Assembly: GCA_965223265.1 (NCBI GenBank)
Contig: OZ244999.1
Span: 160,001-224,000 of the forward strand
DNA: 64,000 bases
From: Planctomycetota bacterium
Lineage (GTDB): Bacteria > Planctomycetota > UBA8108 > SXIK01
Direction: 5' to 3'
Every line of letters begins with the position of its first letter. The stretch's first letter is position 1. The notes under the pieces were generated by a model, which ran no database searches, was not told where the DNA came from, and worked only from the letters and a program-made list of their open reading frames with translations. The translations under genes and the position numbers were made by a program. Shown here piece after piece: positions 45,275 through 55,576 of the stretch.

Positions 45275-46999
45275 ATGCTGGCTGATCGCAGGTCACTGCC
45301 ATCGTATAGGGCCTACTCGTGTGTGCGGGTGTGCGTGATTCTCATCGCCGCGAGTATGGTTCTGACAGTCGCCGCGGACGAACACGATCGCGGCGACTAC
45401 GACGTCGTTTATTCGGGTGGCCGGATCATCGACGGGAGCGGAAATCCGTGGACCCTCGGCGACGTGGCGATTCGAGATGATCGTATCGTCGCTGTAGGAG
45501 AGCTGGAGAAACGAGCGTCACGCCGCGTCATCGATTGCCGCGGTCTTGTCATCGCGCCGGGCTTCATAGACATGCACTCGCACTCCGACCTCCTACTCCT
45601 GGAGGACGGTCGCGCGCTGAGCAAGATCACTCAAGGCGTGACGACCGACGTGCTCGGTGAACACACGTCTGGCGGTCCCTACAAGGGGAAGCTGCCGCCA
45701 AAGACGATGGAACGAGACGACGGCACGATTCTGCGCTGGTCGTCCTTCGGCGAGTATCTAGCGATACTCGAACGCAGTGGGATCGCCATCAACGTCGTCT
45801 CCTATGTTGGACTGAACAACATCTGGGAGTGCGTCATGGGGAGCGACTTCGATCGCCCAAGCGTGGAACAGTTCGAACGTATGCACGCATTGATCACGGA
45901 GGCAATGGACGAGGGCGCTTTCGGGCTCTCCTGCATGTTGGCGGCGCCGCCCGGTTTCCTGGCTACCACCGAGGATCTTGTCGCCATGTGTCGCGTCGTC
46001 AAAGAGCATGGCGGGATTTTCTCGACGCACATTCGCAACGAAGGAACCGACGTCTTCGCCGCGATTGGTGAGGCCATCGAGGTCGGGGAAAAGGCTGGCG
46101 TTCCAGTGGACATCATCCACATCAAGATTGCAGACGAGCGCAACTGGGGACGCATGTCTGAAGTCATCGCGCTCGTCGATACCGCCAGGGCTCGCGGCGT
46201 CAACGTGCAGGCGAACGTCTATCCTTACACTCGAGGCAACAACATGCTCTCGAGCATTGTCCCGCCGTGGGCACATGAGGGGGGGATAGAAAAGATGCTC
46301 GAGCGGCTTGCCGATCCAGCGCTCCGCCCACGTATCAAGCGCGACATCCGTGACGGGATGCCGGGCTGGTACAACCATTACCTGGCGGTGGGAGGTGATT
46401 GGTCCCGCATGCTCGTCAACGCGGATCTAAGCGCTGCGAACAAGGATTTCGAGGGTGTCACCATGGACCGCATCCTCGCGGCAAAATCGAAGCGGGGCGA
46501 CGATTTGGATGGTCTCTTTGATTTTTTGCTCGAGGAGCGCCAAGTCATCAGCACGATCTACGCTCACCACACTGAGGCTGACATGAATCTCGTCATGTCG
46601 CAGCCGTGGTGCTCGATCGGTTCAGACGGTGCGGCCTACGCGACGGACGGCCCACTGCGGCGCGGCAAGCCGCATCCGAGAAACTTCGGTACGTTTCCGC
46701 GCGTTTTGGGGCACTACGTCCGGGAGCAGGGACTTCTGCGCTTGGAGGAAGCAGTGCGGAAGATGACATCCGCGAACGCCGCTAAGTTGGGTCTGCGCCA
46801 GCGCGGCATGCTCCGCCCAGGGAATTTCGCGGACGTGTGCGTCTTTGATCCACGCCGCGTCAAAGACAGATCCACCTACTTGAAGCCGTTTCACTACAGC
46901 GTGGGTATCGAGTACGTCATGGTGAACGGCGAACTCGTCATCGACGGCGGCCAGCCCACCGGGAGACGACCGGGGAAGGCTTTGAGACGCGGGCGATAG
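45275..46999 (+). CDS. N-acyl-D-amino-acid deacylase (amidohydrolase)
   Basis: PGFIDMHSHSD, QGVTT, HIR, HIK, YPY, GSDG, PHPRNFGTFPR. Confidence 0.9.
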   Translation: MLADRRSLPSYRAYSCVRVCVILIAASMVLTVAADEHDRGDYDVVYSGGRIIDGSGNPWTLGDVAIRDDRIVAVGELEKRASRRVIDCRGLVIAPGFIDMHSHSDLLLLEDGRALSKITQGVTTDVLGEHTSGGPYKGKLPPKTMERDDGTILRWSSFGEYLAILERSGIAINVVSYVGLNNIWECVMGSDFDRPSVEQFERMHALITEAMDEGAFGLSCMLAAPPGFLATTEDLVAMCRVVKEHGGIFSTHIRNEGTDVFAAIGEAIEVGEKAGVPVDIIHIKIADERNWGRMSEVIALVDTARARGVNVQANVYPYTRGNNMLSSIVPPWAHEGGIEKMLERLADPALRPRIKRDIRDGMPGWYNHYLAVGGDWSRMLVNADLSAANKDFEGVTMDRILAAKSKRGDDLDGLFDFLLEERQVISTIYAHHTEADMNLVMSQPWCSIGSDGAAYATDGPLRRGKPHPRNFGTFPRVLGHYVREQGLLRLEEAVRKMTSANAAKLGLRQRGMLRPGNFADVCVFDPRRVKDRSTYLKPFHYSVGIEYVMVNGELVIDGGQPTGRRPGKALRRGR

Positions 47000-47026
47000 T
47001 TCGAGTGCAGCGGCGGCAGACTCACG

Positions 47027-49384
47027 TCACGGTGTTTCGTCTGACAACTCGCGCTTGAGAAATTGGACACGGTCGCGTACGAAGGCGCGAATCGCGGAGT
47101 ATGCGTCGCGGATTTCTTGGCGGCGTTCGGGAAGGTCCCCGCCGCGAAACGCCTCGAGCAGCGCTATATCGTTCAGAAGGCGCGCCTCGATCGGGGCGAT
47201 TTTTGCTTCCATCGCCTCCTCAGTGAAGCCGCCGCCCGGCGAGATGTGAAACAGAACCAGATCGCGATAAGCACGATCGAGATCAGGCTGAAGGTGGTGC
47301 GCACGGGCCAGGGCGGTCGGGTCTCCATTCCCGGCGCATGGTCCCGTGAATTCGAGAGGGTACGTCAAAACCATCTCGGTGCAAAAGAACACCTTGTCGA
47401 GGTCCCATGGAATGATTTGCCACCTGCCGTTCGCGGACAGATCGTTGTACGCGAACAGATTGCTTTGGTAGCTCTCAAAGTGTCCGAGCAAAGCGACCGC
47501 CGTCGAATAGAGGCAGATGTTCTCGGTGTCGAGTCCGTGGAAGACGGCGCGGCGCACGGCTTCAGGGTCATCCGACTCGAGCTCACGGATCAAGTCGTTG
47601 AGCATCGTCTCTCCGGTGTGCGGATTCGTGCGCTTCTGAAACGTTTGGCGTTCGAATTTGAATAGGTCGCCGCTGTCATCGACACCGTTGTTCGCCAGGA
47701 AACGGCGATTCACTTGCTCGATGACCGCACGCTGGACGTGCCTCGCTTCGGGCTCATCTGTCGTGTAATCGACGACTCGAAACCACTCCGACCAGGGAGC
47801 GAGTGCGCCCAGGTCGCGATAGACGGTGAAGCCTAGCTGCTCAACATGTCCTTCGATGGGGCCGATGTTTCCTCCTTTGGCAGGAATCAGGTTCAGCGTG
47901 CGATCGCCGCGAAAGTCCGTCCCCTTGAGAAAGGAGAGGTTGTGTCCGTTGTCAGGGTTCAGTGTGGACTTGCGCTGGCGAACATCTGCCCCGTCGAAGA
48001 GCTGAGGAAACGCATCGCCAACGTCCTGGATCGCCGCGCCGCTGACGAGGAGTCGGCGTTCTTCGATCAGGCCTGTTTCGAGTTTCGGAAAGAGCCACAG
48101 GAGTGGCAGCACCGTGGCGATTTCGCCGTCATAGACGAAGTAACTGAAAAACGGCGCCTGATCCGCAATGTGTGGTAGAGCGATCGCGTCACCCGATGAA
48201 AGCTCGACGATCACGTGGTTCCGCACGATCGTCTGCGAATCTGCGACCGGCAAGGTGGTGACGAACGTCGAAGAGCCTGCGTCCATCGAGAACGCGTCCG
48301 CATCGAGTTCCATGGTGTGGCTGTCAACGGCGCTGAGCACATCTGTTGCACGCTCCGAGCGCAGCGTTACCTTGCGAACCGAAGCGGCGTCGACGTCGAG
48401 TGTGACGCGAACGGCGACGGGATCACTCGAGCTGGGGCGCCCCGGAGTGAGCTCGACGTCGGTGATGGTCGGGTGCGTCGGTGTTCCGAGCGTCGTGTTC
48501 TCAAGCGCCGGTGTGCCGCCAAGCGCTGGCCCAGTTTGACGAAACGACACGCGCCAGCTGTGGTAGTCGTCGGCGGGAGCACCGTAGTCGACACGTTCGA
48601 GCGATGGCCCGTAGCCGTCGGCGCCGATCGGCCATGGCGCGCGGTCGTCGTAGCGCACCGACTCGAGAACGCAGTCGCCGTCACTCAGGGTGAGCCGCTC
48701 GCCGCCGTCGGCGAGAGTTCCTTCGTACGGGCCGACCTTGATCGCGTCGAGGCCCGGCCAGCGGCTGAAATCTGGAAACGCCAGTGCGAGAAGAAACTCG
48801 CCGGCAGGTAGCACCGTGCCAGGAGGAATGGTGTGTCGGATGCCGTCAGTGAACTGGTAGCCACTGACGTCGACGTCAACACCGCTCCGGTTGTAGAGTT
48901 CGACAAATTCGCGGCGACGGTCACTGCCGCGTGGGTTGTAGTTGATCTCACTGATAACGACTGCCGGTGTGTCGGCGGCCGCGTCGCCGCAATCGAGAGC
49001 ATCGCACGTCGGGTCAGGCCCAGGAAGAAGTGCTCCCGGATACGGCAGGGAGTCAGACGAGGCAAAAAGGAAGAGGAGAATCGACTGGGCGTCTGCGAGG
49101 TTGAGTTCGCCATCGTCGTTGGCGTCCGCTGCGTCATCGCACGTCAGTGCGTCCATGCCACCGAACAGGGCCAAGATGTGAGTCACAGCGTCGCTCACCG
49201 TCAAGCGCGCGTCGCGGTCGACGTCGCCGCGAATGAAGTCAGCGCGCAGCGGTGCAGCGCCAAGCAGCCACATCACACTGGAAGTGCACACGAGGCAGGA
49301 AAACGAGGCAGCCCGAGCCCGTGGGGCCTGCGGCCGCGGCAGACGTCGGGTGTGAGCGAATAGAGATCGTGGAATGCGTCGCAC
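47027..49384 (-). CDS. Secreted protein: dockerin-like + lamin-tail domain + CotH kinase-like domain
   Basis: FIRGDVDRD...CDDAADANDDGELNLAD; VVISEINYNP..EFVELYN; IIPWDLD. Confidence 0.85.
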   Translation of the reverse strand: MRRIPRSLFAHTRRLPRPQAPRARAASFSCLVCTSSVMWLLGAAPLRADFIRGDVDRDARLTVSDAVTHILALFGGMDALTCDDAADANDDGELNLADAQSILLFLFASSDSLPYPGALLPGPDPTCDALDCGDAAADTPAVVISEINYNPRGSDRRREFVELYNRSGVDVDVSGYQFTDGIRHTIPPGTVLPAGEFLLALAFPDFSRWPGLDAIKVGPYEGTLADGGERLTLSDGDCVLESVRYDDRAPWPIGADGYGPSLERVDYGAPADDYHSWRVSFRQTGPALGGTPALENTTLGTPTHPTITDVELTPGRPSSSDPVAVRVTLDVDAASVRKVTLRSERATDVLSAVDSHTMELDADAFSMDAGSSTFVTTLPVADSQTIVRNHVIVELSSGDAIALPHIADQAPFFSYFVYDGEIATVLPLLWLFPKLETGLIEERRLLVSGAAIQDVGDAFPQLFDGADVRQRKSTLNPDNGHNLSFLKGTDFRGDRTLNLIPAKGGNIGPIEGHVEQLGFTVYRDLGALAPWSEWFRVVDYTTDEPEARHVQRAVIEQVNRRFLANNGVDDSGDLFKFERQTFQKRTNPHTGETMLNDLIRELESDDPEAVRRAVFHGLDTENICLYSTAVALLGHFESYQSNLFAYNDLSANGRWQIIPWDLDKVFFCTEMVLTYPLEFTGPCAGNGDPTALARAHHLQPDLDRAYRDLVLFHISPGGGFTEEAMEAKIAPIEARLLNDIALLEAFRGGDLPERRQEIRDAYSAIRAFVRDRVQFLKRELSDETP

Positions 49385-49539
49385 GAAGGTTCACCTTGGG
49401 ATCGCAATGAGTGTCTCCGACTTCCCCCGATTTCAAGGATACGCCGTGTGTTGTGCGGTCACAACCGACGAAGGGAGCGGATCGCAGAGGCGGAGACGGC
49501 GGTAGACTCGGATGTACGTGTAGCGCGCCGTCGTGACCC

Positions 49540-49607
49540 ACGGTCACGGTCGACGGTCTACGGTCACGTCTGGAACGGCCCCCGCCCCCGCCCACGCAAA
49601 CGCAACC
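49540..49607 (+). repeat. Short-period tandem repeats (ACGGTC x4; CCCCCG/CCCACG/CAAACG)
   Basis: Read directly; intergenic. Confidence 0.6.
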
Positions 49608-49699
49608 AGCCTCAGGGGTGCCCTCGCCGCGCTTCCACGCCCACGCAAGCCTCCAACCCCAAAGGGCCGGAGGCGCCCGTCATCGAACGGCTCTCTGCA

Positions 49700-51304
49700 C
49701 TATTGCCCGTGCACTCGATCCTTCTCGAACTGCTCGGTCCGCTCGATCCACAGCCGCCTGAGCTCCTCCAAGCGTTCGGGTTGATCGCGGGCGAGATTGA
49801 CGTTTTCGCACCGATCGCGCGCTAAGTTGTAGAGCTCCCAGCGCTCCGCGTTGTTCACCCGTAGTACTGCTTTCCAATCGCCGGAGCGAATGGCGCGATT
49901 GCCGGCGTGGGCGAAGAACAAAGTGCGTGGCCCCCAATCGCCGCGATCCGCTGCGAACGCTGGTCGCAGGCTGCGGCCCGGGAACGGCGGTGGGGTGGCG
50001 TCACTCGTCAGGCTGCGGTGATCGATGCCCGCAATGTCGAGGATGGTGGGGACCAGGTCGATGAAGTGACCGGGAGAGTGCCGTAGCTCCCCCGCCGCGG
50101 TGATGCCCGCAGGCCAATGGATAATCAGCGGAGAAGAGATGCCACCTTCGTGATTCCAATGCTTGTGCAGCGCCAGTGGGGTATTCGCGGCTGAGGACCA
50201 ACCGGGGCCGAGGCAAAGGTACGACCCTGCCGAGCCGAGCGGTGCGCTGGGGTTGTGGAGGTCGCCGCGGATGATTTGTTCGGCGCTGGCGCCGTTGTCG
50301 GAGACGAAGAAGAACACCGTGTTGTCGAACGCATTCATTGATTTGACTTGCTCGACAACGCGGCCAACTTCCTGATCGATCCGGTCCACCATGGCGGCGT
50401 GGATCGCCATCTTGTGCGCTTGGAACTCTTTTTGGTCCGGCGTGAGTTGCTTCCACGCCACGGCTTTTCCAGACTCGCCCGCACCAATGTGTTCTTGCAG
50501 CTTCTTTTCAGGCAAGCTCCAGGGCGCGATGACGTCGGGTCGCAACCTCGAGAGATCACAAGAGATGATTCCGGCTTCGCGCATGCGCTCCCAGCGCTGT
50601 TGCCGAATTGCATCCCAACCTTCGAGGTAGATTTTGCGATAGCGCGCGATATCCTCCTCCAACGCATGCAACGGAAAGTGTGGAGAAGTGAACGCAAGGT
50701 AAAGAAAAAACGGCTGCGTTGGAGACTCGCGGTGGTGTTCGCGCAGAAACGTCAGCGCGTACTCAGTGATTGCTGACGTGACATAGTATCCGCTGCCGCG
50801 TTGAACCTCGGGGAGCGGTCGATCGTCGAGAGTGTGGCGCTGTGGACTGAAAAAGCGATCGTGATCGCGCATCCAGTAGGAGCGCGCGAATCCGCTGTGC
50901 TCCTTGTCGACCGGTGTGTGGCGTACGTGCCATTTGCCGGAGTGGTAGCAGCGATAGCCAGCCGTGTTCAAGTACTGTGGCAGAAGTCGGGTCCACCGTG
51001 GCCATCGATACCCTTTGCGAGGATCCATACCGACCTGCTGCGCGTAGTACCCTGTCAGCAGTGTCGCGCGGGAAGGCCAACAGCGACCAGTCGAGTAGTA
51101 TTGTGTGAATCGCAAACCTCGGTGTGCGAGCGCGTCGAGATGCGGCGTCTTGATCTCGCCGCCGTAACAGCCGGCATCGGAGTAGCCCATGTCGTCGGCC
51201 ATGATAACGACGAAATTTGGTCGACTTGCGGCCACGGTGTGCGGCGGCGCTGAGGCGAAGAGCATCCACCAGCAGCAGAGGGTAGCAGTGATCGGCTTCG
51301 CCAA
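49700..51304 (-). CDS. Arylsulfatase (formylglycine type)
   Basis: RPNFVVIMADDMG, CWPSRATLLTG, GKWH, PHFPLH, SDNG; TTG start after AGAGG. Confidence 0.92.
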   Translation of the reverse strand: MAKPITATLCCWWMLFASAPPHTVAASRPNFVVIMADDMGYSDAGCYGGEIKTPHLDALAHRGLRFTQYYSTGRCWPSRATLLTGYYAQQVGMDPRKGYRWPRWTRLLPQYLNTAGYRCYHSGKWHVRHTPVDKEHSGFARSYWMRDHDRFFSPQRHTLDDRPLPEVQRGSGYYVTSAITEYALTFLREHHRESPTQPFFLYLAFTSPHFPLHALEEDIARYRKIYLEGWDAIRQQRWERMREAGIISCDLSRLRPDVIAPWSLPEKKLQEHIGAGESGKAVAWKQLTPDQKEFQAHKMAIHAAMVDRIDQEVGRVVEQVKSMNAFDNTVFFFVSDNGASAEQIIRGDLHNPSAPLGSAGSYLCLGPGWSSAANTPLALHKHWNHEGGISSPLIIHWPAGITAAGELRHSPGHFIDLVPTILDIAGIDHRSLTSDATPPPFPGRSLRPAFAADRGDWGPRTLFFAHAGNRAIRSGDWKAVLRVNNAERWELYNLARDRCENVNLARDQPERLEELRRLWIERTEQFEKDRVHGQ

Positions 51305-51341
51305 ATTCAGACCTCTTACTCGCGACGGCGCGGAGATAGAC

Positions 51342-52709
51342 TCAAATGAGTTCCGCGATGGGTTCGCGATGATCGAGCAAGTACTGGGGACGTCCGGCAA
51401 GATCCTCGACCGTGGTCGTCTCTGGGTCGATGCCGATTTGTCGATACAGAGTTGCAAAGACGTTTTGGTAGTGAACCGGACGGTCTTTGGGCACTTCGGC
51501 CAGACGGTTTGTCGAACCGATCACTTGACCAGTGCGCATGCCGCCGCCTGCGAGCAGCGCACATGACACGGGCGGCCAATGATCGCGGCCGGCACTTTTG
51601 TTGATCCGCGGTGTGCGCCCGAACTCACCCCAGGCTATGACGCTGACGTCTTTATCTAGCCCGCGCTCGTGCAAATCCTGAACAAGCGCGGTGATACCCT
51701 GGTCGAGTTTCGCCAGTTGCACGGGCAGACGCGAAAAATTCGCACCGTGTCGATCCCAACTGCCGAACGAGAGCGTCACACAACGTGCGCCAGATTCAAC
51801 GAGACGCCGCGCCATGAGGAACTGATCCATCCAGTGCGGCCCGGCATCCTCGCCAAACGCTGGTGCGGCACTGCCGCGTCCGTAGCGATCGCGAACCGCG
51901 TCGGGTTCGCGGTCGAGGTCCATTGCCTCTACGAGCTTGCTTGACGTGAGCACCTCAAAGGCACGCTGCGTGTAAGTGTCCATCTCTTCCGGGGCGCCAG
52001 TCGCGTCGAAGCGCCGACGAAAGTGATCTACGCTACTCAAGAGTCGCTTGCGGTCGGCGAGACGCTCGAGCGTGACGCCTTGGAGTTGCATGTCCGCCAT
52101 GCCCTGGCTTTTCGGCTGAAACGGCGCATGCGCAGCGCCGAGAAAACCGGGGAGGCCAGGGTTCGAATAAGGTTTGTGGCGAGTCGTGATGGTGAGACTG
52201 ACGAACGGCGCTACGGACGCGTCGACGGCGCCTTGCACTTTCGAGATCACCGAACCCAGCGAGGGACGACCCGATTGCCGAATACCGCGGCTGATCGGAT
52301 AGCCGCTCAAGCACAGGTCGGAAGCGTGCTGATCTGGCCCGCCGTAGAGCGACCGAATGATCGCGAACTTGTCCATCATTGCGGCGAGACGTGGCATGTG
52401 TTCGCAGATCTCAATGCCAGGCACGTTCGTTGGAATCGGTTTGAACTCCCCGCGGAATTCCCGCGGCGCGTCCATCTTGAGATCGAACATGTCCTGATGC
52501 GAAGGGCCGCCGGACAGGTAGATCATGATGATGGCCTTGTGCCCAAGCCCGGAGGCGCCGGAGCGTCCGCTGCGGTTCCGCATCTGTGCCTCAGCCCGCA
52601 GGAGATTTGGAAGCGAAAGCCCACCGAGCGCAAGGCTGCCAACGCTTAGAAACTGTCGGCGAGAAACGCCGTCGCACTGATGCTGCGGGTCGCCGTGGAT
52701 CGTCAGCAC
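51342..52709 (-). CDS. DUF1501 domain protein
   Basis: SRRQFL, GGPSHQDMFDLK, ARRLVESG, GEFGRTP, GRDHWP; GGAGG RBS before GTG. Confidence 0.93.
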   Translation of the reverse strand: MLTIHGDPQHQCDGVSRRQFLSVGSLALGGLSLPNLLRAEAQMRNRSGRSGASGLGHKAIIMIYLSGGPSHQDMFDLKMDAPREFRGEFKPIPTNVPGIEICEHMPRLAAMMDKFAIIRSLYGGPDQHASDLCLSGYPISRGIRQSGRPSLGSVISKVQGAVDASVAPFVSLTITTRHKPYSNPGLPGFLGAAHAPFQPKSQGMADMQLQGVTLERLADRKRLLSSVDHFRRRFDATGAPEEMDTYTQRAFEVLTSSKLVEAMDLDREPDAVRDRYGRGSAAPAFGEDAGPHWMDQFLMARRLVESGARCVTLSFGSWDRHGANFSRLPVQLAKLDQGITALVQDLHERGLDKDVSVIAWGEFGRTPRINKSAGRDHWPPVSCALLAGGGMRTGQVIGSTNRLAEVPKDRPVHYQNVFATLYRQIGIDPETTTVEDLAGRPQYLLDHREPIAELI

Positions 52710-52829
52710 GCTGATCCTCCGTCGTCTTGGTCGCCGTTGTTTGACGCGTTCGGGCACCGCGTTTCGGGCGGTGCCGCATCACCACAAGATTCTATCCCAC
52801 ACGAGCGTTGAGTCCGCGGGAAAAAGCGG

Positions 52830-53924
52830 TCAGAAGGTGACCGAGACGCGAATCGCGTCGCCGCGGTCTGCAAGCGCGAACGCATCGTTGATGGAGTCGA
52901 AAGCGAAGTGGTGCGAGATCATGGCGTCGAACGGATATTTGTGCTTGGTGCGAGCGAGAAACTCCAGCGCTGCGGGGATGGCCCAAGGGTGATAACCGTG
53001 CACTCCATGCATGCGCAGGTTGCGACGCACGAGTTCGGTCGGATCGAAGCGCGCTTCGAACCCATGGCTGATGTTGCCGGCCACTGCGTAGCGACCTGCC
53101 GGCCGTAGCAACCTCACGCCTTCCGGCACCGCTTCGGGCACTCCCGCGAACTCGAACGCAACATCCGCACCGAGTCCGTCGGTCCACTCGAGCACGCGTT
53201 CGAGCCGGTCCTCAGGTCGTAGCTCCGCAACATTCAGCGTGCGGTCGGCGCCAAACTCTCTTGCCAGCTCAAGGCGGCCTGCGTGACCGTCGAGCACGAT
53301 GATCTGTTTCACACCAGCCTCTCGGCACATGGCGACGGCGAACAGACCTAGACCGCCCGCTCCTTGGATCAGAACAGAATCTCCGGATGCTACCTGGACT
53401 CGTCGCATGGCGGTGACGACCTGCGCGCCGGCGCAGTTGACGGGAGAGACGAGGTCGTCGGAGAGTTCATCGCTGACCCGGAACACCGATTGTCCCGGCC
53501 GCAGGTAGTAAAACTCTCCGTATCCGGCATTGAAATGCGGCGGCTTGTCGCTGGAGACACCGATCCAGTGGCTATTACGTTTTGGACAAGGGGCGCTGCG
53601 GTCGAGGCAGTATGGGCAAGTCCCGCAAGGACACGCGTAGCTGTAGATGATGCGGTCACCTTCGCGCAGGGACTCTCCGCTCGCATCACAGCGAACGTTG
53701 CAGCCCAGTCGTTCGACGGTGCCGACCATTTCGTGGCCGAGGATCTGCGGCACACCGACTTCGAAGGCGACGACGTCGCCACGCCATAGGTGTAGATCCG
53801 AGCCGCAGATGTTGCACGCACGCATGCGGACGATGATCGCATCGGCTTCGGGGTCAGGAACCGGATACTCGCGGTACTCGAAGGGTTGGCCAGGAGCGAC
53901 CCAGACGGCGACGCGTCCGTTCAT
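52830..53924 (-). CDS. Zinc-binding medium-chain alcohol dehydrogenase
   Basis: CGSDLH, GHE, CGTCPYC...C, QGAGGLG. Confidence 0.92.
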   Translation of the reverse strand: MNGRVAVWVAPGQPFEYREYPVPDPEADAIIVRMRACNICGSDLHLWRGDVVAFEVGVPQILGHEMVGTVERLGCNVRCDASGESLREGDRIIYSYACPCGTCPYCLDRSAPCPKRNSHWIGVSSDKPPHFNAGYGEFYYLRPGQSVFRVSDELSDDLVSPVNCAGAQVVTAMRRVQVASGDSVLIQGAGGLGLFAVAMCREAGVKQIIVLDGHAGRLELAREFGADRTLNVAELRPEDRLERVLEWTDGLGADVAFEFAGVPEAVPEGVRLLRPAGRYAVAGNISHGFEARFDPTELVRRNLRMHGVHGYHPWAIPAALEFLARTKHKYPFDAMISHHFAFDSINDAFALADRGDAIRVSVTF

Positions 53925-54050
53925 GGCAGAGACTTTCGGCGTAGCAGCTGACTGCGTAGGATTGGGTAGACGAAAAGGTCAATGAGCCATCAAGGCCAGG
54001 GGGCTGTGCGCCACCAAATGAGTCGCGATTCTACACGCAGAAAGGCAACT

Positions 54051-55550
54051 ATGACACGGGTGATTCGTGCGACGGTCTTGGGCAGTCTCTTGACGGCTGC
54101 GCTCTCTCATACATTCGCTGCTGAGGCAGAGCTCGACGAGCTCCGTCTTGTCGCGCGGTATGCGGACGCGCTCATCGAGAATGGTCGCGACGTCTACGGT
54201 GAGAAGCACTCGCCGCTTTTTGCCGCTTGCCTCGATCGCAAAACGCTACGGCAGTTTCCTGCCGCTGAGTTTCAGCGCCTTTGGCGCATTCGTCTCGATG
54301 ACTGGGATAACTGGATGGTGCGAAACAGCGAGCGCTGTTTTCAAGGCGCGAACCCACACCAAGACCAAAACCTTTATCAGATCCTCTACGCTCTCAGCGA
54401 GATCAAGCAGTCGCCTCGATATGCCCGTGAGGCCGACGCTGCTCTCACATGGTTCTTCAAGCACACCCAAAGTCCGACGACGGGACTTTATCCCTGGGGT
54501 GAGCACATGGCGTGGGATTTGATCCGCGATGACATCATCAACGAAGGTCGTACACATGACACTACACACGAGTTTCGACGTGCGTGGGAGTTGTGGGAAC
54601 GTTCGTTCGAGCTCGCCCCGAAAGCGTGTCGACGCTTTGCGCTTGGCCTTTGGCACCATCAGATCGGCGATCAACGCAGCGGCAATTTCTCTCGTCACGC
54701 CGGCTACCTTCGCCACAAGCCAGAGCTTGATTCGGAGTACCCACGACATGGTGGGTTTTACATCGCCACGTGGGCCGAAGCGTATCGACGTACGCAGGAG
54801 AAGGTGTTCCTGCAGGCGATTGAAGTGCTCGTCTCCGGTTTCGACCGCCGGCGGAGCTCCGCGTCCGGAGCGATTCCGGCCGAGAGCAATCAACGCTCTG
54901 GCGGCAAAATGCTTTGGGCGACGAGTAACCTAGCTCTGGCGATCGACGTTTGGAACAGTGCTGCCAAGGTTCCAAGCGATCTCGCGGAGAAGCTACGCGC
55001 ATTCACGCGCAAGACCGACGAAGTCTTCGTCAATCTGCCTCATCGTCTCGACGGCGATGGCGCCGGGTTTTTCCTCAACGGCCATCTCGACACCCTCGAG
55101 CCGTATGGAGAAGGCACGTGGGCGGGGTACAGCGGCTTTGAAGGTGAGGCGGGTACAGCAATTCTGTGTCTGATTCGTTTTCGTCAGACGGATGATCCGC
55201 GTTACCGAGAACTAGCCCTAAAGTCGGCTCGACGGTTTCTCGAGCGCGAACCTGCATGGCAGAAGGTGATTCACCCGTCGACCATCGGTAGCTACATCTG
55301 GCTGCTCTTGGGTGCGCATGAGCTGACGCAAGACGAGAAATACCTCCGCCGGGCCGACACCCTTGCTGCCAAAGGGGTGGAGCTCTTTCTGGGCGACGAT
55401 TTGCCGATCCCACGTGCCACGGTAAAATACAGTCATTATGAGGCAGTCACCGGCGCCGACGATCTCATGATGGCGCTGCTCAAGCTCTGGCTCAGAAAGA
55501 ACCAGCCGCAGCGCGAACCGAGTCTGCGCCTCGAGTGGCCGAACCGCTAA
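54051..55550 (+). CDS. Secreted (alpha/alpha)-barrel protein, PL2 pectate-lyase-like
   Basis: Signal peptide; RDVYGEKHSPLF, DQNLYQIL and GLYPWGEH resemble the PL2 N-terminal region. Confidence 0.6.
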   Translation: MTRVIRATVLGSLLTAALSHTFAAEAELDELRLVARYADALIENGRDVYGEKHSPLFAACLDRKTLRQFPAAEFQRLWRIRLDDWDNWMVRNSERCFQGANPHQDQNLYQILYALSEIKQSPRYAREADAALTWFFKHTQSPTTGLYPWGEHMAWDLIRDDIINEGRTHDTTHEFRRAWELWERSFELAPKACRRFALGLWHHQIGDQRSGNFSRHAGYLRHKPELDSEYPRHGGFYIATWAEAYRRTQEKVFLQAIEVLVSGFDRRRSSASGAIPAESNQRSGGKMLWATSNLALAIDVWNSAAKVPSDLAEKLRAFTRKTDEVFVNLPHRLDGDGAGFFLNGHLDTLEPYGEGTWAGYSGFEGEAGTAILCLIRFRQTDDPRYRELALKSARRFLEREPAWQKVIHPSTIGSYIWLLLGAHELTQDEKYLRRADTLAAKGVELFLGDDLPIPRATVKYSHYEAVTGADDLMMALLKLWLRKNQPQREPSLRLEWPNR

Positions 55551-55576
55551 CGACTCATGTATGAGGTGTCAGGCGA